Virus record (IMG/VR): IMGVR_UViG_3300013103_000005 | Span: 12,117 to 76,116 of that record | Direction: 5' to 3' (one strand) | Length of the DNA: 64,000 nucleotides | Origin: a virus | Shown here: positions 30,109 to 40,245 of the stretch, in pieces | Numbering within the stretch: the stretch's first letter is position 1 | Layout of the letters: each line of letters opens with the position of its first letter | Made by a program: the position numbers and the translations under genes | The notes under the pieces: model-generated | What the model was told of the DNA's origin: nothing | What the model saw: only the letters and a program-made list of their open reading frames with translations | Database searches by the model: none

Positions 30109-30884
30109 TTATCTTGATTTTCTTTATTCAGGGTTGTTCCTTTATAGAGGTAAGGAAAACTTATTATCGTAAAGATTATGGGAGAAAGCCCCAAGAAAAA
30201 GAATTATCTTTTACTTCAAAAAGGGCTTTAGCGACTGGCGCTACTTTGAATAATATGACAGCTGCCAAGGTTTATTATCAAGGAACAGAACCTCAGAGTA
30301 AAGAAGCTAAAATTCTTTACGATATGTCTTATAGATTTATGAGTTTAGCTGGGGTTAAAGCTGATTTTGACCCTTCCGACCCTGAAAGCGTTGCTAAAAT
30401 ATTCGAAGAAGCAGATAGGGCTTTAGAAGAGAAAGAAAGGATTATACATCAACTTAAAGAAGATGTTAAAAGATATTTACAAGAAAAGGAGAAAATTGTT
30501 AGGGATAAAGAAGCAGAATTACAAGCTTTAAATAACAAATGGCAAGTAAAATTAGGAAATTTATGGTTTTGGATTTGGGTGATTATTATAGGTTTTATCG
30601 CCTTAATTATCTTTTGCCCTGCGATAGGCATTCCTTTATTAAGCAGAACAGTAGGATTAACTTTGAAAGCTGGCAAGAATACGATGAAAGCAATTGAAGC
30701 TATTAGGGATAAATGGAAAGAAGAAGAAAGATTAGCAAAAGAAAGAGGGGATATGAAAAGATACGAACAAATAAGAAAGGTAAGGGAAGAATTAGAATCT
30801 GAATTACATAAAGCACAATCAGAAGAAGAAAAATTACATATAAAGAAATTGAAAGCTAAAGGGGTGATTAAGAATGATTCTTAG
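30087..30884 (+). CDS. Lipoprotein with internal TM helix (spanin-like candidate)
   Basis: Signal peptide with lipobox IQG-C; coiled coil; LWFWIWVIIIGFIALIIF. Confidence 0.55.
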   Translation: MRNKVLLIILIFFIQGCSFIEVRKTYYRKDYGRKPQEKELSFTSKRALATGATLNNMTAAKVYYQGTEPQSKEAKILYDMSYRFMSLAGVKADFDPSDPESVAKIFEEADRALEEKERIIHQLKEDVKRYLQEKEKIVRDKEAELQALNNKWQVKLGNLWFWIWVIIIGFIALIIFCPAIGIPLLSRTVGLTLKAGKNTMKAIEAIRDKWKEEERLAKERGDMKRYEQIRKVREELESELHKAQSEEEKLHIKKLKAKGVIKNDS

Positions 30885-31428
30885 GTTTTTATTAAAATAT
30901 GCAGTGAATTTAGGGATGGTTTTTACTAGATGGATAGGAAGGAAATTAGATTCCTTAGAAGTTTCGAAAGTTGATTTAGACCGAGCTTTAGTTGAAATGG
31001 AATGGGTTAAAGAGAATATAAAACAACCTATAGAACTAGAAGAATATTTTAGAGATAATAATTGGAAGTGGGAATCTGACCCTTTAAGTGGATTTTTGGA
31101 TTATGTATCTGATGTAGAAATTACTTTTGCTAAGAAAGCTGGGGATTGTGATGACCTTGCAGAAGTTTGGAAATGGAAATTTCCATTTTTAAAGAAGTAT
31201 GCAGTAGTTCCTTTAAATCCTTTTAAAGAAGCAGGTCATGTAATAGCAGTAGGGAAAGTTTCTCCAACCAGGATTTTAGTATGTTCTAACTTAAAAATTT
31301 TAGCTTGGGTGGAAAAAGATAACGAGATAGAAGCGATTAGGGAAGTTTACAAAGATAGTAAAAGAGAAATTAAATGGATTTTTGAATTTAATGATAAGAA
31401 TTTTGTAAGGAGGGTTTATGCCTTCTAA
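30874..31428 (+). CDS. Transglutaminase-like cysteine protease
   Basis: GDCDDLA and GHVIAV motifs. Confidence 0.6.
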   Translation: MILRFLLKYAVNLGMVFTRWIGRKLDSLEVSKVDLDRALVEMEWVKENIKQPIELEEYFRDNNWKWESDPLSGFLDYVSDVEITFAKKAGDCDDLAEVWKWKFPFLKKYAVVPLNPFKEAGHVIAVGKVSPTRILVCSNLKILAWVEKDNEIEAIREVYKDSKREIKWIFEFNDKNFVRRVYAF

Positions 31429-33568
31429 AGAGTTTAACGCGTTAAACTTTTCCGCTTCTGGGGCAAATTTTCATAAAACAATATTGACTAGTAGTGGGGT
31501 AAAATTAGCTCCTTTTATTCCTTTGAGGAATAGATTTTATTATGGAACATATACGACCCCGCCATTCTTCATTGGAAATAATGGCGGGAGAATAGATAAA
31601 ATATCTTGGCAAGGAAACATTCCCCCTAATACTAACGTCCAAGCAGAAGTTCAATTCGGTCCCGATGATGGATTGTCTAATAATTTTGCTAATTGGGGAG
31701 ATTGGCAGCCCTTACTTACTCAAATAGATGGGTTTAATGAGTCTGCTGGAACTTTATTAGATAATGAAACTGTTTTATTATTGCATTTTAATATAGAGAC
31801 CTCGCCGACGGAAATAAAAGATTCATCCCCTAAAGGTCATATAGTACAAATCTTTAGAAATGTTTATTTGGTAAATACACCTTCTAAATTCGGAGATTCT
31901 GCTTATTTTAGCGGTGCGGGTTGTTTAAAAATCGCTGATTGTCCTGATTGGGATTTTGGAGGCGAGGATTTTACGATAGATTTTTGGATTAAGAGAAATA
32001 GGTTAACTCAAAGGGAGCTATTGGCGGGACAGACTAATAGTTTGGGTAATAGAAACGCTACTTCAGTATGGATTGAAATTTCGGCAACGGATCAATTAAT
32101 CGTTTGGGTTTGTGAATCTACTAAACGATACGGGGGCGTTTTTGGAACTATTAGGGATTATAATTGGCATCATATTGCTGTAGTAAGAAACGGAAATAAT
32201 CTATACGGGTTTGTAGACGGGATTTTGCGAAATACGTTTAATGTTACTAATGTTGTCGTTAATAATGTTAATAGTAATTTTGCTATCGGGTGTGTAGGGG
32301 ATAGGAATACTTATTTTTTCAACGGATGGATGGACGAATTTAGGATAAGCAAAGGAATCGCAAGATGGACTAGGGATTTTATTCCCCCGTCTAAGGAGTA
32401 TCATATTGAGACTTACGGGGTAGACGATAAAACTAAGTTATTGTTACATTTTAATGCAGAAGGAGCTAATATTATAGATTCTTCTTTTTCAAACCACATC
32501 GTAGAGGTTTATGGTGATGTTATTCAAGTTACGAATCCGAGTAAATTTGGAAAGGCTTGTTTTTTTGATGGGAATGGCGATTATTTACAAATAGCTAATA
32601 GCCCTGATTGGGAATTCGGTTTAGAGGATTTTACTATAGATTTTTGGATTTATATTAATTCCTTTTCCGCAAGGGATATGGTAGTCGTAACTTATTTTGA
32701 TACTTTTCCAGAATGGTGGGTCGCGGTTCGCCAGAATGGCGATGGATGGAATGTTTGGCTTAATGGAGGGACAAATATTAATGATCCTTTGACTACTGGG
32801 GTTTGGTATCACGTTGCTTTAGTTCGTTGCTCTGATACTATTTATTTCTTCAGGGATGGAGAATTAAAGGCTAGTTGGTATTCTGTTAATAACGATTTGT
32901 CGGGTAGGCAGTTTCTTAGAATAGGAAGGGCTTACGATTCAGGGAGTCACGATTTAGATGCTGTTATTGATGAATTAAGGATAAGCAAAGGGATTGCTAG
33001 ATGGGTTTCTAATTTTATTCCTCCTAGTCAGGAATATCATCAAGGTTTAGGGATAATGAGTTGGAATAGGAGTTCAGAAAAATTAGGAATTATTAGGGAT
33101 GCTAGCGAAAAAGTGGAAGGTACTTCTTCAATGAAGTTAGAGGTTTCTAAAGGTTCGTTGAGAACTTATGTTTACCGAGAATTTGGTGCTGGTATTTCTT
33201 TGCAAAACGCTAAATATATTTCTTTTTATGTTAAGTCAGAAGAGATAGGTATCCCTTTAATTTTACATATAGATTCAGTCAATTCGGGAATTTCTACTGT
33301 ATACCCAAAAGCCTTTCCTATAAGGGTAATTGAGAAAAATGTTTGGAGAGAATATAGGTTCGATTTATCTTCCATTCCTGATACAGACGACCTTAAAAAT
33401 CCTTCTGTAGGTTTAAGATACATAGCCTTCGAGATAAATTCGGATTCAAAGTTTGGTATTTGGATTGATGATATTAGGATTGGGAATTATATAATAAATA
33501 ATGAGGCATTATCTATTTCTGGGGATAAGTATTGTAGGGTAAGATTAACATTATCAAGGAGTCATTAA
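31418..33568 (+). CDS. Virion protein with tandem LamG (concanavalin-like) domains and CBM-like C-terminal region
   Basis: Two repeats of LLLHFN...SKFG...EDFTIDFWI...W.H.A.VR...DE.RISKGIARW. Confidence 0.85.
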   Translation: MPSKEFNALNFSASGANFHKTILTSSGVKLAPFIPLRNRFYYGTYTTPPFFIGNNGGRIDKISWQGNIPPNTNVQAEVQFGPDDGLSNNFANWGDWQPLLTQIDGFNESAGTLLDNETVLLLHFNIETSPTEIKDSSPKGHIVQIFRNVYLVNTPSKFGDSAYFSGAGCLKIADCPDWDFGGEDFTIDFWIKRNRLTQRELLAGQTNSLGNRNATSVWIEISATDQLIVWVCESTKRYGGVFGTIRDYNWHHIAVVRNGNNLYGFVDGILRNTFNVTNVVVNNVNSNFAIGCVGDRNTYFFNGWMDEFRISKGIARWTRDFIPPSKEYHIETYGVDDKTKLLLHFNAEGANIIDSSFSNHIVEVYGDVIQVTNPSKFGKACFFDGNGDYLQIANSPDWEFGLEDFTIDFWIYINSFSARDMVVVTYFDTFPEWWVAVRQNGDGWNVWLNGGTNINDPLTTGVWYHVALVRCSDTIYFFRDGELKASWYSVNNDLSGRQFLRIGRAYDSGSHDLDAVIDELRISKGIARWVSNFIPPSQEYHQGLGIMSWNRSSEKLGIIRDASEKVEGTSSMKLEVSKGSLRTYVYREFGAGISLQNAKYISFYVKSEEIGIPLILHIDSVNSGISTVYPKAFPIRVIEKNVWREYRFDLSSIPDTDDLKNPSVGLRYIAFEINSDSKFGIWIDDIRIGNYIINNEALSISGDKYCRVRLTLSRSH
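31431..31448. repeat. Palindrome copy 14 (reads FNALN in the downstream gene)
   Basis: AGTTTAACGCGTTAAACT. Confidence 0.95.
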
Positions 33569-33569
33569 A

Positions 33570-34130
33570 ATGAAATTCGTGGATAATTATAAGATAAATA
33601 CTGAGTATTTTACTATTAAAAAGAAAAATTCAAATGAAGATAAATTTCCATTAGTTATTGGGGAAGTTTTCATAATTTCTAAAAAGGGGATTATTAAAAA
33701 GGAATTTAAATTACCAAATAAAATTCTAAACGGTGCGGGTTTAATGTTAGCACAGTTTTGTCAAAACGAAACTTTAAGCGGGTTGACTTATATAGCGGTA
33801 GGAACAGGAGACCCTAGTTGGGGAGATAATCCACCAGAACCAGATGTAACTCAAACGGAATTAGTAGCAGAGATTTATAGAAAGCCTATAATGGTTAGAA
33901 GATATTTGGATGAAAGTTTTAATACTGTTCCTGGTCCGACTCGTATAATAGAAGTGGAGGTAACTTTTATGGAACACGAAGCTAACGGGCCTTGGAGAGA
34001 AATGGGATTGTTTGGAGGAAACGCCACCGCCGATTTAAATTCGGGTTATTTGTTTGCAGCTAGAAATTTTAAGGTTAAAAATAAAGAGGATGATGAGCAA
34101 GTTTCGATAGCTTGGAGATTATATTTCTGA
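33570..34130 (+). CDS. Baseplate/tail-fibre attachment protein
   Basis: YIAVGTGD...TELVAEIYRK...EANGPWREMGLF. Confidence 0.65.
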   Translation: MKFVDNYKINTEYFTIKKKNSNEDKFPLVIGEVFIISKKGIIKKEFKLPNKILNGAGLMLAQFCQNETLSGLTYIAVGTGDPSWGDNPPEPDVTQTELVAEIYRKPIMVRRYLDESFNTVPGPTRIIEVEVTFMEHEANGPWREMGLFGGNATADLNSGYLFAARNFKVKNKEDDEQVSIAWRLYF

Positions 34131-34149
34131 AGTTTAACGCGTTAAACTT
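34130..34149. repeat. Palindrome copy 15
   Basis: AAGTTTAACGCGTTAAACTT. Confidence 0.98.
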
Positions 34150-34172
34150 TTGATTGGAATTGGGATTTAAAA

Positions 34173-35876
34173 ATGTGTATTAAGATTGTTCATAAAAAGG
34201 ATAAATTCTTTACTGTTTGGGAATATCTTAATGAGCCTTATTTAATTCGCCTTCCTAACGAAACTTTAATCCACTTCGATTTTATTCCTTCCTTAAAAGC
34301 TAAATATAAAATAGAAATCTTTCCTTTTGAAAAGTATAATCAATTACGACACGAAAGAAAGTTTAGACTATCTTTAAAAGAAAACCCCGATAAAACTTTT
34401 TCTGAATTTTTTGTCAAAGAAAAGCAACCTTTGCATTATCAGCTAATTGGAATGAATTTTATTTATAACGCCAAATCTGTTCTGTTAGCTGATGATGTAG
34501 GATTAGGTAAGACTTTGCAAAGTATAGGAGCTTTAATAAGGTCTGTAATAGAGAATAAAATTGATATAGGGATTATTTTTTGTCCAAATACGCTTAAATT
34601 TCAATGGGAACAAGAGTTTGAGAATTCTTTAATCAAAGAAGTTTTAAGAAAGATTAGAATATTTAGAATTAGGGGAGAAAAAGGATTAAGGAATAAGTTT
34701 TATTCAATGGTTTTAAAGTGTAAAAAAGTGCCAGTTTTATTATTGAATTATGAATTATTTTTGAGAGATTATATTAAAATAAATCAAGTATTAAAGAAGT
34801 TTAAAAGAAGATTTGTAATTTGCGACGAAGCTTCCAGAATTAAAAATCCAAATACAAAAACTCATAAATTGATTTGTAAATTCTTTTCTAAATCTGAATA
34901 TAAAGTTTGTTTAACTGCTACCCCAATAGAAAATGGGTTGGAAGATTTATATGGAATAATGAGATTGGTTGATAAAGCCTTATTCTGGTCTTATAGATTT
35001 TTTTGTAATAGATATTTACAAATCGAAGAATTTAGGAATTTTAAAACTGGAGGAATTTATAAGAAAGTTGTAGGTTATAAGAAACTGGACGAAGTTAGGT
35101 ATAGATTATCCCCATATTATCTACAAAGGACTACTAAAGATTTAGAATTAGAATTGCCCCGAATTTTAATTTCTAATTACCCAGTAGATTTAACAGAAAC
35201 TCAAAAAGAAATTTACGAAAAAATAAGGTCAGATATTGATTGGGAGGATAAGAGAACGAATATTTTAGCGCAATTTATTCATTTGAGAAAAGCTTGTAAT
35301 TCTCCAAATTTATTCGAAGGTTATTCGGGGAAATCTTCTAAAATAGAAGAAATTAAGATATTACTATCTTCAGAGCTTAGAAATAAGAAAGTTATTATTT
35401 TTTCAGAGAGTAAAAAATTTATTAAAGAAATGATTAAGGAATTAAAGGATTTTAAACCTGCCTTTATTTACGGTGGGATGAAAGAGGGTGAAAGAGATAT
35501 GCAATATTCGATTTTCAATAAAGGTAAAACAAGATTGCTTTTAATGACAAGTGCGGGGGAAAGAGGCTTAAATTTTCCTAGTGCTAATGTCGTAATAAAT
35601 GCGGATTTACCTTATAATCCCGCTAGGTTAAAACAAAGGATAGGAAGGGCTAGGAGATTAGATTCTAAGACGAATGTTTTAACAGTTATAAATTTATATG
35701 CTAGGGATACTATTGAAGAAAGGGTGTTTGAGATTTTTCATAATAAAGCTAAACTTTTTTCTAAAATTTTTGATGATAGTTTTGATTTGGAAAGGGTAAA
35801 AATAAATATAGAGAAGTGGGATAAAGATAAGTTGAAAAGTTTAATAGAGGGTAAAAATGGAATCGTTGATAATTAA
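34173..35876 (+). CDS. SNF2-family helicase/ATPase
   Basis: LADDVGLGKT, CDEAS, LTATPIEN, GERGLN, QRIGRARR. Confidence 0.92.
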   Translation: MCIKIVHKKDKFFTVWEYLNEPYLIRLPNETLIHFDFIPSLKAKYKIEIFPFEKYNQLRHERKFRLSLKENPDKTFSEFFVKEKQPLHYQLIGMNFIYNAKSVLLADDVGLGKTLQSIGALIRSVIENKIDIGIIFCPNTLKFQWEQEFENSLIKEVLRKIRIFRIRGEKGLRNKFYSMVLKCKKVPVLLLNYELFLRDYIKINQVLKKFKRRFVICDEASRIKNPNTKTHKLICKFFSKSEYKVCLTATPIENGLEDLYGIMRLVDKALFWSYRFFCNRYLQIEEFRNFKTGGIYKKVVGYKKLDEVRYRLSPYYLQRTTKDLELELPRILISNYPVDLTETQKEIYEKIRSDIDWEDKRTNILAQFIHLRKACNSPNLFEGYSGKSSKIEEIKILLSSELRNKKVIIFSESKKFIKEMIKELKDFKPAFIYGGMKEGERDMQYSIFNKGKTRLLLMTSAGERGLNFPSANVVINADLPYNPARLKQRIGRARRLDSKTNVLTVINLYARDTIEERVFEIFHNKAKLFSKIFDDSFDLERVKINIEKWDKDKLKSLIEGKNGIVDN

Positions 35877-36081
35877 CCCTAAAAGGATTTTAGTAGCAGA
35901 TAAAGGCATTTTAGTGATATCTAAGGGTAGGAGTTTATTATTTAGTAATCATAGCTTAAATGTTAAAGAAGATGAGGATTTTAATTTCATAATGGTGAAT
36001 GATGAGAATTGGAAGACCTTTATGGATACTGTTTTGTCCAATAACAATGTTCCTGTAATTGATTTAAGAGAGGGTAAGTAA
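35857..36081 (+). CDS. Hypothetical protein
   Basis: Coupled ORF with GAGGG RBS. Confidence 0.55.
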   Translation: MESLIINPKRILVADKGILVISKGRSLLFSNHSLNVKEDEDFNFIMVNDENWKTFMDTVLSNNNVPVIDLREGK

Positions 36082-36461
36082 TGAATTATTTGCCTACAGA
36101 AGTAAATACTATTTCTACATCTTTGAAAGGTTATGATAGCTTATCGGAATTAAAGGGAAAGCTTATAACCTTAGTTTTAGAAGGAGAATTTCCTTATAAG
36201 GTAGGGAATTCTTTGACCTATAAACACGAGAAATCTATCAACCACGGGCTATTAGTAGATATAGTTAGGGATAAAAATTGTGCTATAATGATATTGTCTC
36301 CAAAAGACCCACTTTTGACTTTTATTTATCTCCCTAGAAATATTGAGATAGAAGTTAGACCTGTTCCCCCAGAAGTTTTGTCAGAATGGAGGAATGTTAT
36401 ATTAAATAATGTAGATTCAAATTACTTAACTAATCTTAAGGAGCTTCCTAGTGGAGAATAA
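36081..36461 (+). CDS. Hypothetical protein
   Basis: Translationally coupled ORF. Confidence 0.55.
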   Translation: MNYLPTEVNTISTSLKGYDSLSELKGKLITLVLEGEFPYKVGNSLTYKHEKSINHGLLVDIVRDKNCAIMILSPKDPLLTFIYLPRNIEIEVRPVPPEVLSEWRNVILNNVDSNYLTNLKELPSGE

Positions 36462-37395
36462 AAAGGTTTTAATTTACGATGGAAATTGGTTTGCCTTTAG
36501 GACTTTTGTAACCCATAGGCTTTGTACTTCTGATGGGAAGGATACTACAATTATCTATGGGTTATTGCAAGATTGGGGATTGATGTTTAAGAAGTTTGAT
36601 ATAGATTTTCCGATTATTTGTTGGGATGGAAAAAAAGCTTCAGAGAAGAAAAGAAGGATTTATCCTAAATATAAAGAGCATAGGAAAGGAAGGGTAGATA
36701 TAGATTGGGGATCTTATTTTTACAGTATATCGGTATGTAAAGAATTTTTAAAAAAGGTTAAAATCCCTTCCCTGGAATTTGAGGATTTGGAAGGGGATGA
36801 GGTTATTGCTGAAATAGTTTATAAATTAAAAAAGGATAATTTTTGTTTTATTAGGGCTACAGATAAAGATATGATTCAGTTATTGGATAAAAATGTAAGC
36901 ATTATTAAGGATATAGATAAGATAATTACCCACGATTTTTTTAAGGAGAACAATATAAATAAGAAAGCTTGGATTTTTGAGAGGGCGTTGATTGGGGATA
37001 GTTCCGATAATATTAAAGGGATTAGGGGAATTGGTGAAAAAAGAGCAAGGTCAATATTGCAGAGGATAATGGGGGAGAAGAATTATTTTAAATTTTTTGA
37101 AAATAAGGAATATAATAAAACTAAATGGCGGGATAAAGCTTTATTTGACTTGATTAGAGAAAATTTGGACTTAGTTAGGACTAATATTAGATTGATGTAT
37201 TTGAGACCGAAGGGAATCAAAATAAAAATAAGCGAGCCTTCGATAGACTCCAAAATTTGGAATGAGATAATGAAAGAATACGAAATTAGAAAATTTAATG
37301 TATCGGAAGGTTTTAAACAATTTAAGGATATTTTTAAGGAGGGATTAGATGGGAAAGGAAAAGAAAAAGAAAAAGAAAAAATTTCAAGAAATTGA
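36451..37395 (+). CDS. 5'-3' exonuclease / flap endonuclease
   Basis: YDGN, WDG, YKEHR, EGDEVI, DKDMIQL, GDSSDNIKGIRGIGEK. Confidence 0.92.
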   Translation: MENKKVLIYDGNWFAFRTFVTHRLCTSDGKDTTIIYGLLQDWGLMFKKFDIDFPIICWDGKKASEKKRRIYPKYKEHRKGRVDIDWGSYFYSISVCKEFLKKVKIPSLEFEDLEGDEVIAEIVYKLKKDNFCFIRATDKDMIQLLDKNVSIIKDIDKIITHDFFKENNINKKAWIFERALIGDSSDNIKGIRGIGEKRARSILQRIMGEKNYFKFFENKEYNKTKWRDKALFDLIRENLDLVRTNIRLMYLRPKGIKIKISEPSIDSKIWNEIMKEYEIRKFNVSEGFKQFKDIFKEGLDGKGKEKEKEKISRN

Positions 37396-38161
37396 AAAGA
37401 GAGGGTTCGAATGGAAAGAAGAAGTAGGCTTGATTAATAATTATCTTAACCTTATTTCTTGTAAAGGGCTTGTTAATGATGTCGTGATAGATTTAACCCC
37501 TAAAAAAGCAATTGCTTTCGGCGTCTCTATTCACGGTGTTATTATTTTTAAAGTAGAATTTGAGAGTGAAGGGATTGATGGTAGTGGGTCTTTAGCTATT
37601 TCAGATATTTCTCAATTACAAAAAGTTTTATCTAGATTTAGTGGAGAGGTTGTTTTTTCTTCGGAGGGAGAGGTTTTGACCTTAAGCCAGTCTCAGAAAA
37701 AAGCTACCTTAGCACTTACGACTCCCGATAATGTAGAATCTTATAGGGTTTCTGATTCAATAAGCCTTAAAGATTTAAAGTTATCTACCCCACAAGGAAA
37801 TTGGGATTTTTCTAAAGGAACAGAGCTTGAGATTAAGGTAGATTGGCTTAAAGGTTTAGTTGCTGATGCGACTGTTTTTGACGAAAGGAATTTTTGGTTT
37901 AGGTCTAAAGCAGATATTTTAGAAGTTCAAATAGGTTTGGATGTTAATCAATTTGTAGATTATCTAGAAGTAGAAGGGTTGGAAGAAAAGGAAGTGGATT
38001 CTTATTTTGAATTTGGATTTCAAGAGGTTTTATCCAGCCTTCAAGGGGATAATGTAACAATGATGTTTTTAAGCGGGCAAGCTGTGTTAATCAGGGGCGA
38101 GTTAGATAACGGAATCAAATATGATTTTGCTATATGCGAGGCGGAAAGAGATGAGGAATAG
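37349..38161 (+). CDS. Putative sliding clamp (PCNA/gp45-like)
   Basis: ~250 aa acidic alpha/beta two-domain pattern, next to clamp loader. Confidence 0.6.
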   Translation: MGKEKKKKKKKFQEIEKRGFEWKEEVGLINNYLNLISCKGLVNDVVIDLTPKKAIAFGVSIHGVIIFKVEFESEGIDGSGSLAISDISQLQKVLSRFSGEVVFSSEGEVLTLSQSQKKATLALTTPDNVESYRVSDSISLKDLKLSTPQGNWDFSKGTELEIKVDWLKGLVADATVFDERNFWFRSKADILEVQIGLDVNQFVDYLEVEGLEEKEVDSYFEFGFQEVLSSLQGDNVTMMFLSGQAVLIRGELDNGIKYDFAICEAERDEE

Positions 38162-38699
38162 GGATGTCGTAATTATGGTAGGAGATTGTGAAAAGCCTAA
38201 AGGATTTAGTAGGGTGGAAATTTTTAGAAAGGATATTTTTAGTACCAAGGGTTTTAGAAAGGGATTATTTGTGGATGCTGATAATTTAAATTTAACTTCT
38301 TTAGATATTAAATGGATTTGCGAGAATTCTAAATTCCCAACCCTTATTTTGGTTAGAAATAGGGAGAAATTAAAATCCATTTCCCCGAATATAAAAGTTA
38401 TCGAAAAAAGGGAATGGGGGAAGTCCTTTGATATTTTTGAATGTTTAAATATTATTTTAAAGGAAAGGGACAGAACTAAGGTTTTGAATTATCTGAACGA
38501 GGTCAGACCTCCCGCCTTGTTGCTTTTTAATTGGTTAATAAGTAACATAGACCAGATAGGGAATATACCTTTACTTATGTATTTAGATGAGCATATTTTA
38601 AATAAGAAGTCTGTCGAATGGTTTTATGAATTTTTAGCTTTGGGGATTAAACCTGTTTCTAAGTATATAAGATATAAATATAGGATAAGAAAAGTTTAA
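38121..38699 (+). CDS. Putative degenerate clamp-loader subunit (probable start 38151)
   Basis: Between clamp and RFC; degenerate Walker B-like LFVDAD. Confidence 0.4.
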   Translation: MILLYARRKEMRNRDVVIMVGDCEKPKGFSRVEIFRKDIFSTKGFRKGLFVDADNLNLTSLDIKWICENSKFPTLILVRNREKLKSISPNIKVIEKREWGKSFDIFECLNIILKERDRTKVLNYLNEVRPPALLLFNWLISNIDQIGNIPLLMYLDEHILNKKSVEWFYEFLALGIKPVSKYIRYKYRIRKV

Positions 38700-38713
38700 C
38701 GCATTAAACTTTT
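38690..38713. repeat. Palindrome copy 16 (CGCA)
   Basis: AAAAGTTTAACGCATTAAACTTTT. Confidence 0.95.
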
Positions 38714-38725
38714 GAGGATTTTAAA

Positions 38726-39580
38726 ATGTTAACAGAACAATTAAGACCTAAAAAATTGGAAGATGTGGTTGGACAAAAGGAAATCGTAAATAAACTGAAG
38801 GAATTTGTAAAGAAAGGAGAAATCCCTAATTTATTGTTTTACGGAAATCCTGGAGTTGGTAAAACTACAGTTGCTCATATTATAGGTAGAGAGATTTTAG
38901 GCAAAACATTTAAAACAAACTTTATCGATATGAACGCTTCTTCGGATAGAGGTATTGATACTATTAGAGGGTTAATACAGGAGAGAGCTAAAGTTAGGTC
39001 TTTAGGAACGAACAAACCGAAAATAATATTTCTTGACGAAGCAGAAATGATGACAAGAGACGCTCAAACCGCTCTAAGGCGAATAATGGAGGATTATTAT
39101 AAGACTTGTAGATTTATACTTTCCTGTAATTTTATTGAAAAGATTATAGAGCCTATAAGAGATAGATGTTCTCCTTTTCATTTTAAAGACATTCCTTATA
39201 AGACAATTGCTAAATATCTCTTAAAGAAGGTCAATCCAATATTATCAAAACCTTTATCTAAAAAACAAGTAATAGCTATATCTAAAAAAGCAAATGGGAG
39301 TTTACGAAGAGCTTTGAATTTAGTAGAGGCAGGGTATAATAAAGAAGTAAAAATAGAAAAGCCTTTATTATCTTTATCCACTAAAGAATTTTTTGATTTA
39401 GTTTATAGTAATGAATATGACCCTGATATTTTATTTCAAAAATTACATCAAGAAGTAGTTTCTAAAAAGAATATAAAAGCATTAGTTATTTTAGCAGATA
39501 CCGATTATAGGATGAGTTTAGCTACAAATAAAATGTTACAGTTAATGAGTTGCTTTGTTAAGATTAGGAGGAAAAAATGA
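38726..39580 (+). CDS. rfcS: Replication factor C small subunit-like clamp loader
   Basis: LRPKKLEDVVGQ, GNPGVGKT, NASSDRGID, LDEAE, AQTALRRIME, IRDRC. Confidence 0.92.
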   Translation: MLTEQLRPKKLEDVVGQKEIVNKLKEFVKKGEIPNLLFYGNPGVGKTTVAHIIGREILGKTFKTNFIDMNASSDRGIDTIRGLIQERAKVRSLGTNKPKIIFLDEAEMMTRDAQTALRRIMEDYYKTCRFILSCNFIEKIIEPIRDRCSPFHFKDIPYKTIAKYLLKKVNPILSKPLSKKQVIAISKKANGSLRRALNLVEAGYNKEVKIEKPLLSLSTKEFFDLVYSNEYDPDILFQKLHQEVVSKKNIKALVILADTDYRMSLATNKMLQLMSCFVKIRRKK

Positions 39581-40245
39581 AGGACAAAAATTCTATTCAG
39601 GTCAAGATAGTTCCTTTAGAAAGGATAAAGCCTTTTGAGAAAAATCCTAGGGTAATGAACCCTAAGGCAATTGAAAGTGTTGCCAATTCTATTAAAGAAT
39701 TTGGGTTCAACGTTCCGATAGTGGTTAATTCCGAAATGAAGATTTGCTGTGGTCATACGAGATACGAAGCAGCCAAACTTTTAGGGTTAAAGAAAGTTCC
39801 TGTGATTATTAGGGATATGGACGAGAAGGATTTTCTTTCTTATAATATTATCGATAATAAAACTTCTGAACTTAATGAATGGAATTTTGAAATGCTCAGA
39901 AAAAATATTCAGGATTTGGATAAGGATTTAACGGAATTTGGTTTTACAGAAGAAGATTTAGACATAATTCTTTCATCTGAGGAAGAATTATGTTCTTTTT
40001 CTGAAGATGAGTTACCTGAGTATGATAAAAGCTTGACAGAAGATACAGATAAACCAGAAGAAAGATTCCATTGTACAATATTTTTTGATTCCAAAGAAGA
40101 TTGGGAGCTTTTAGCTAAATTATCGGGAAAAGAAGGAAGTAAGTATTTAGAAGGAAGTATGATTGTAGAAAATTTAAAGAATTTTTTAGGTAAAAAGTTT
40201 AAAAAATTGCAGAAGATTATGGAGGGTTCGGATGGAGAAAATTAA
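39577..40245 (+). CDS. ParB/Srx N-terminal domain protein
   Basis: KNPR...SIKEFGFNVPIVV...GHTRYEAAK...DNK. Confidence 0.88.
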   Translation: MKDKNSIQVKIVPLERIKPFEKNPRVMNPKAIESVANSIKEFGFNVPIVVNSEMKICCGHTRYEAAKLLGLKKVPVIIRDMDEKDFLSYNIIDNKTSELNEWNFEMLRKNIQDLDKDLTEFGFTEEDLDIILSSEEELCSFSEDELPEYDKSLTEDTDKPEERFHCTIFFDSKEDWELLAKLSGKEGSKYLEGSMIVENLKNFLGKKFKKLQKIMEGSDGEN

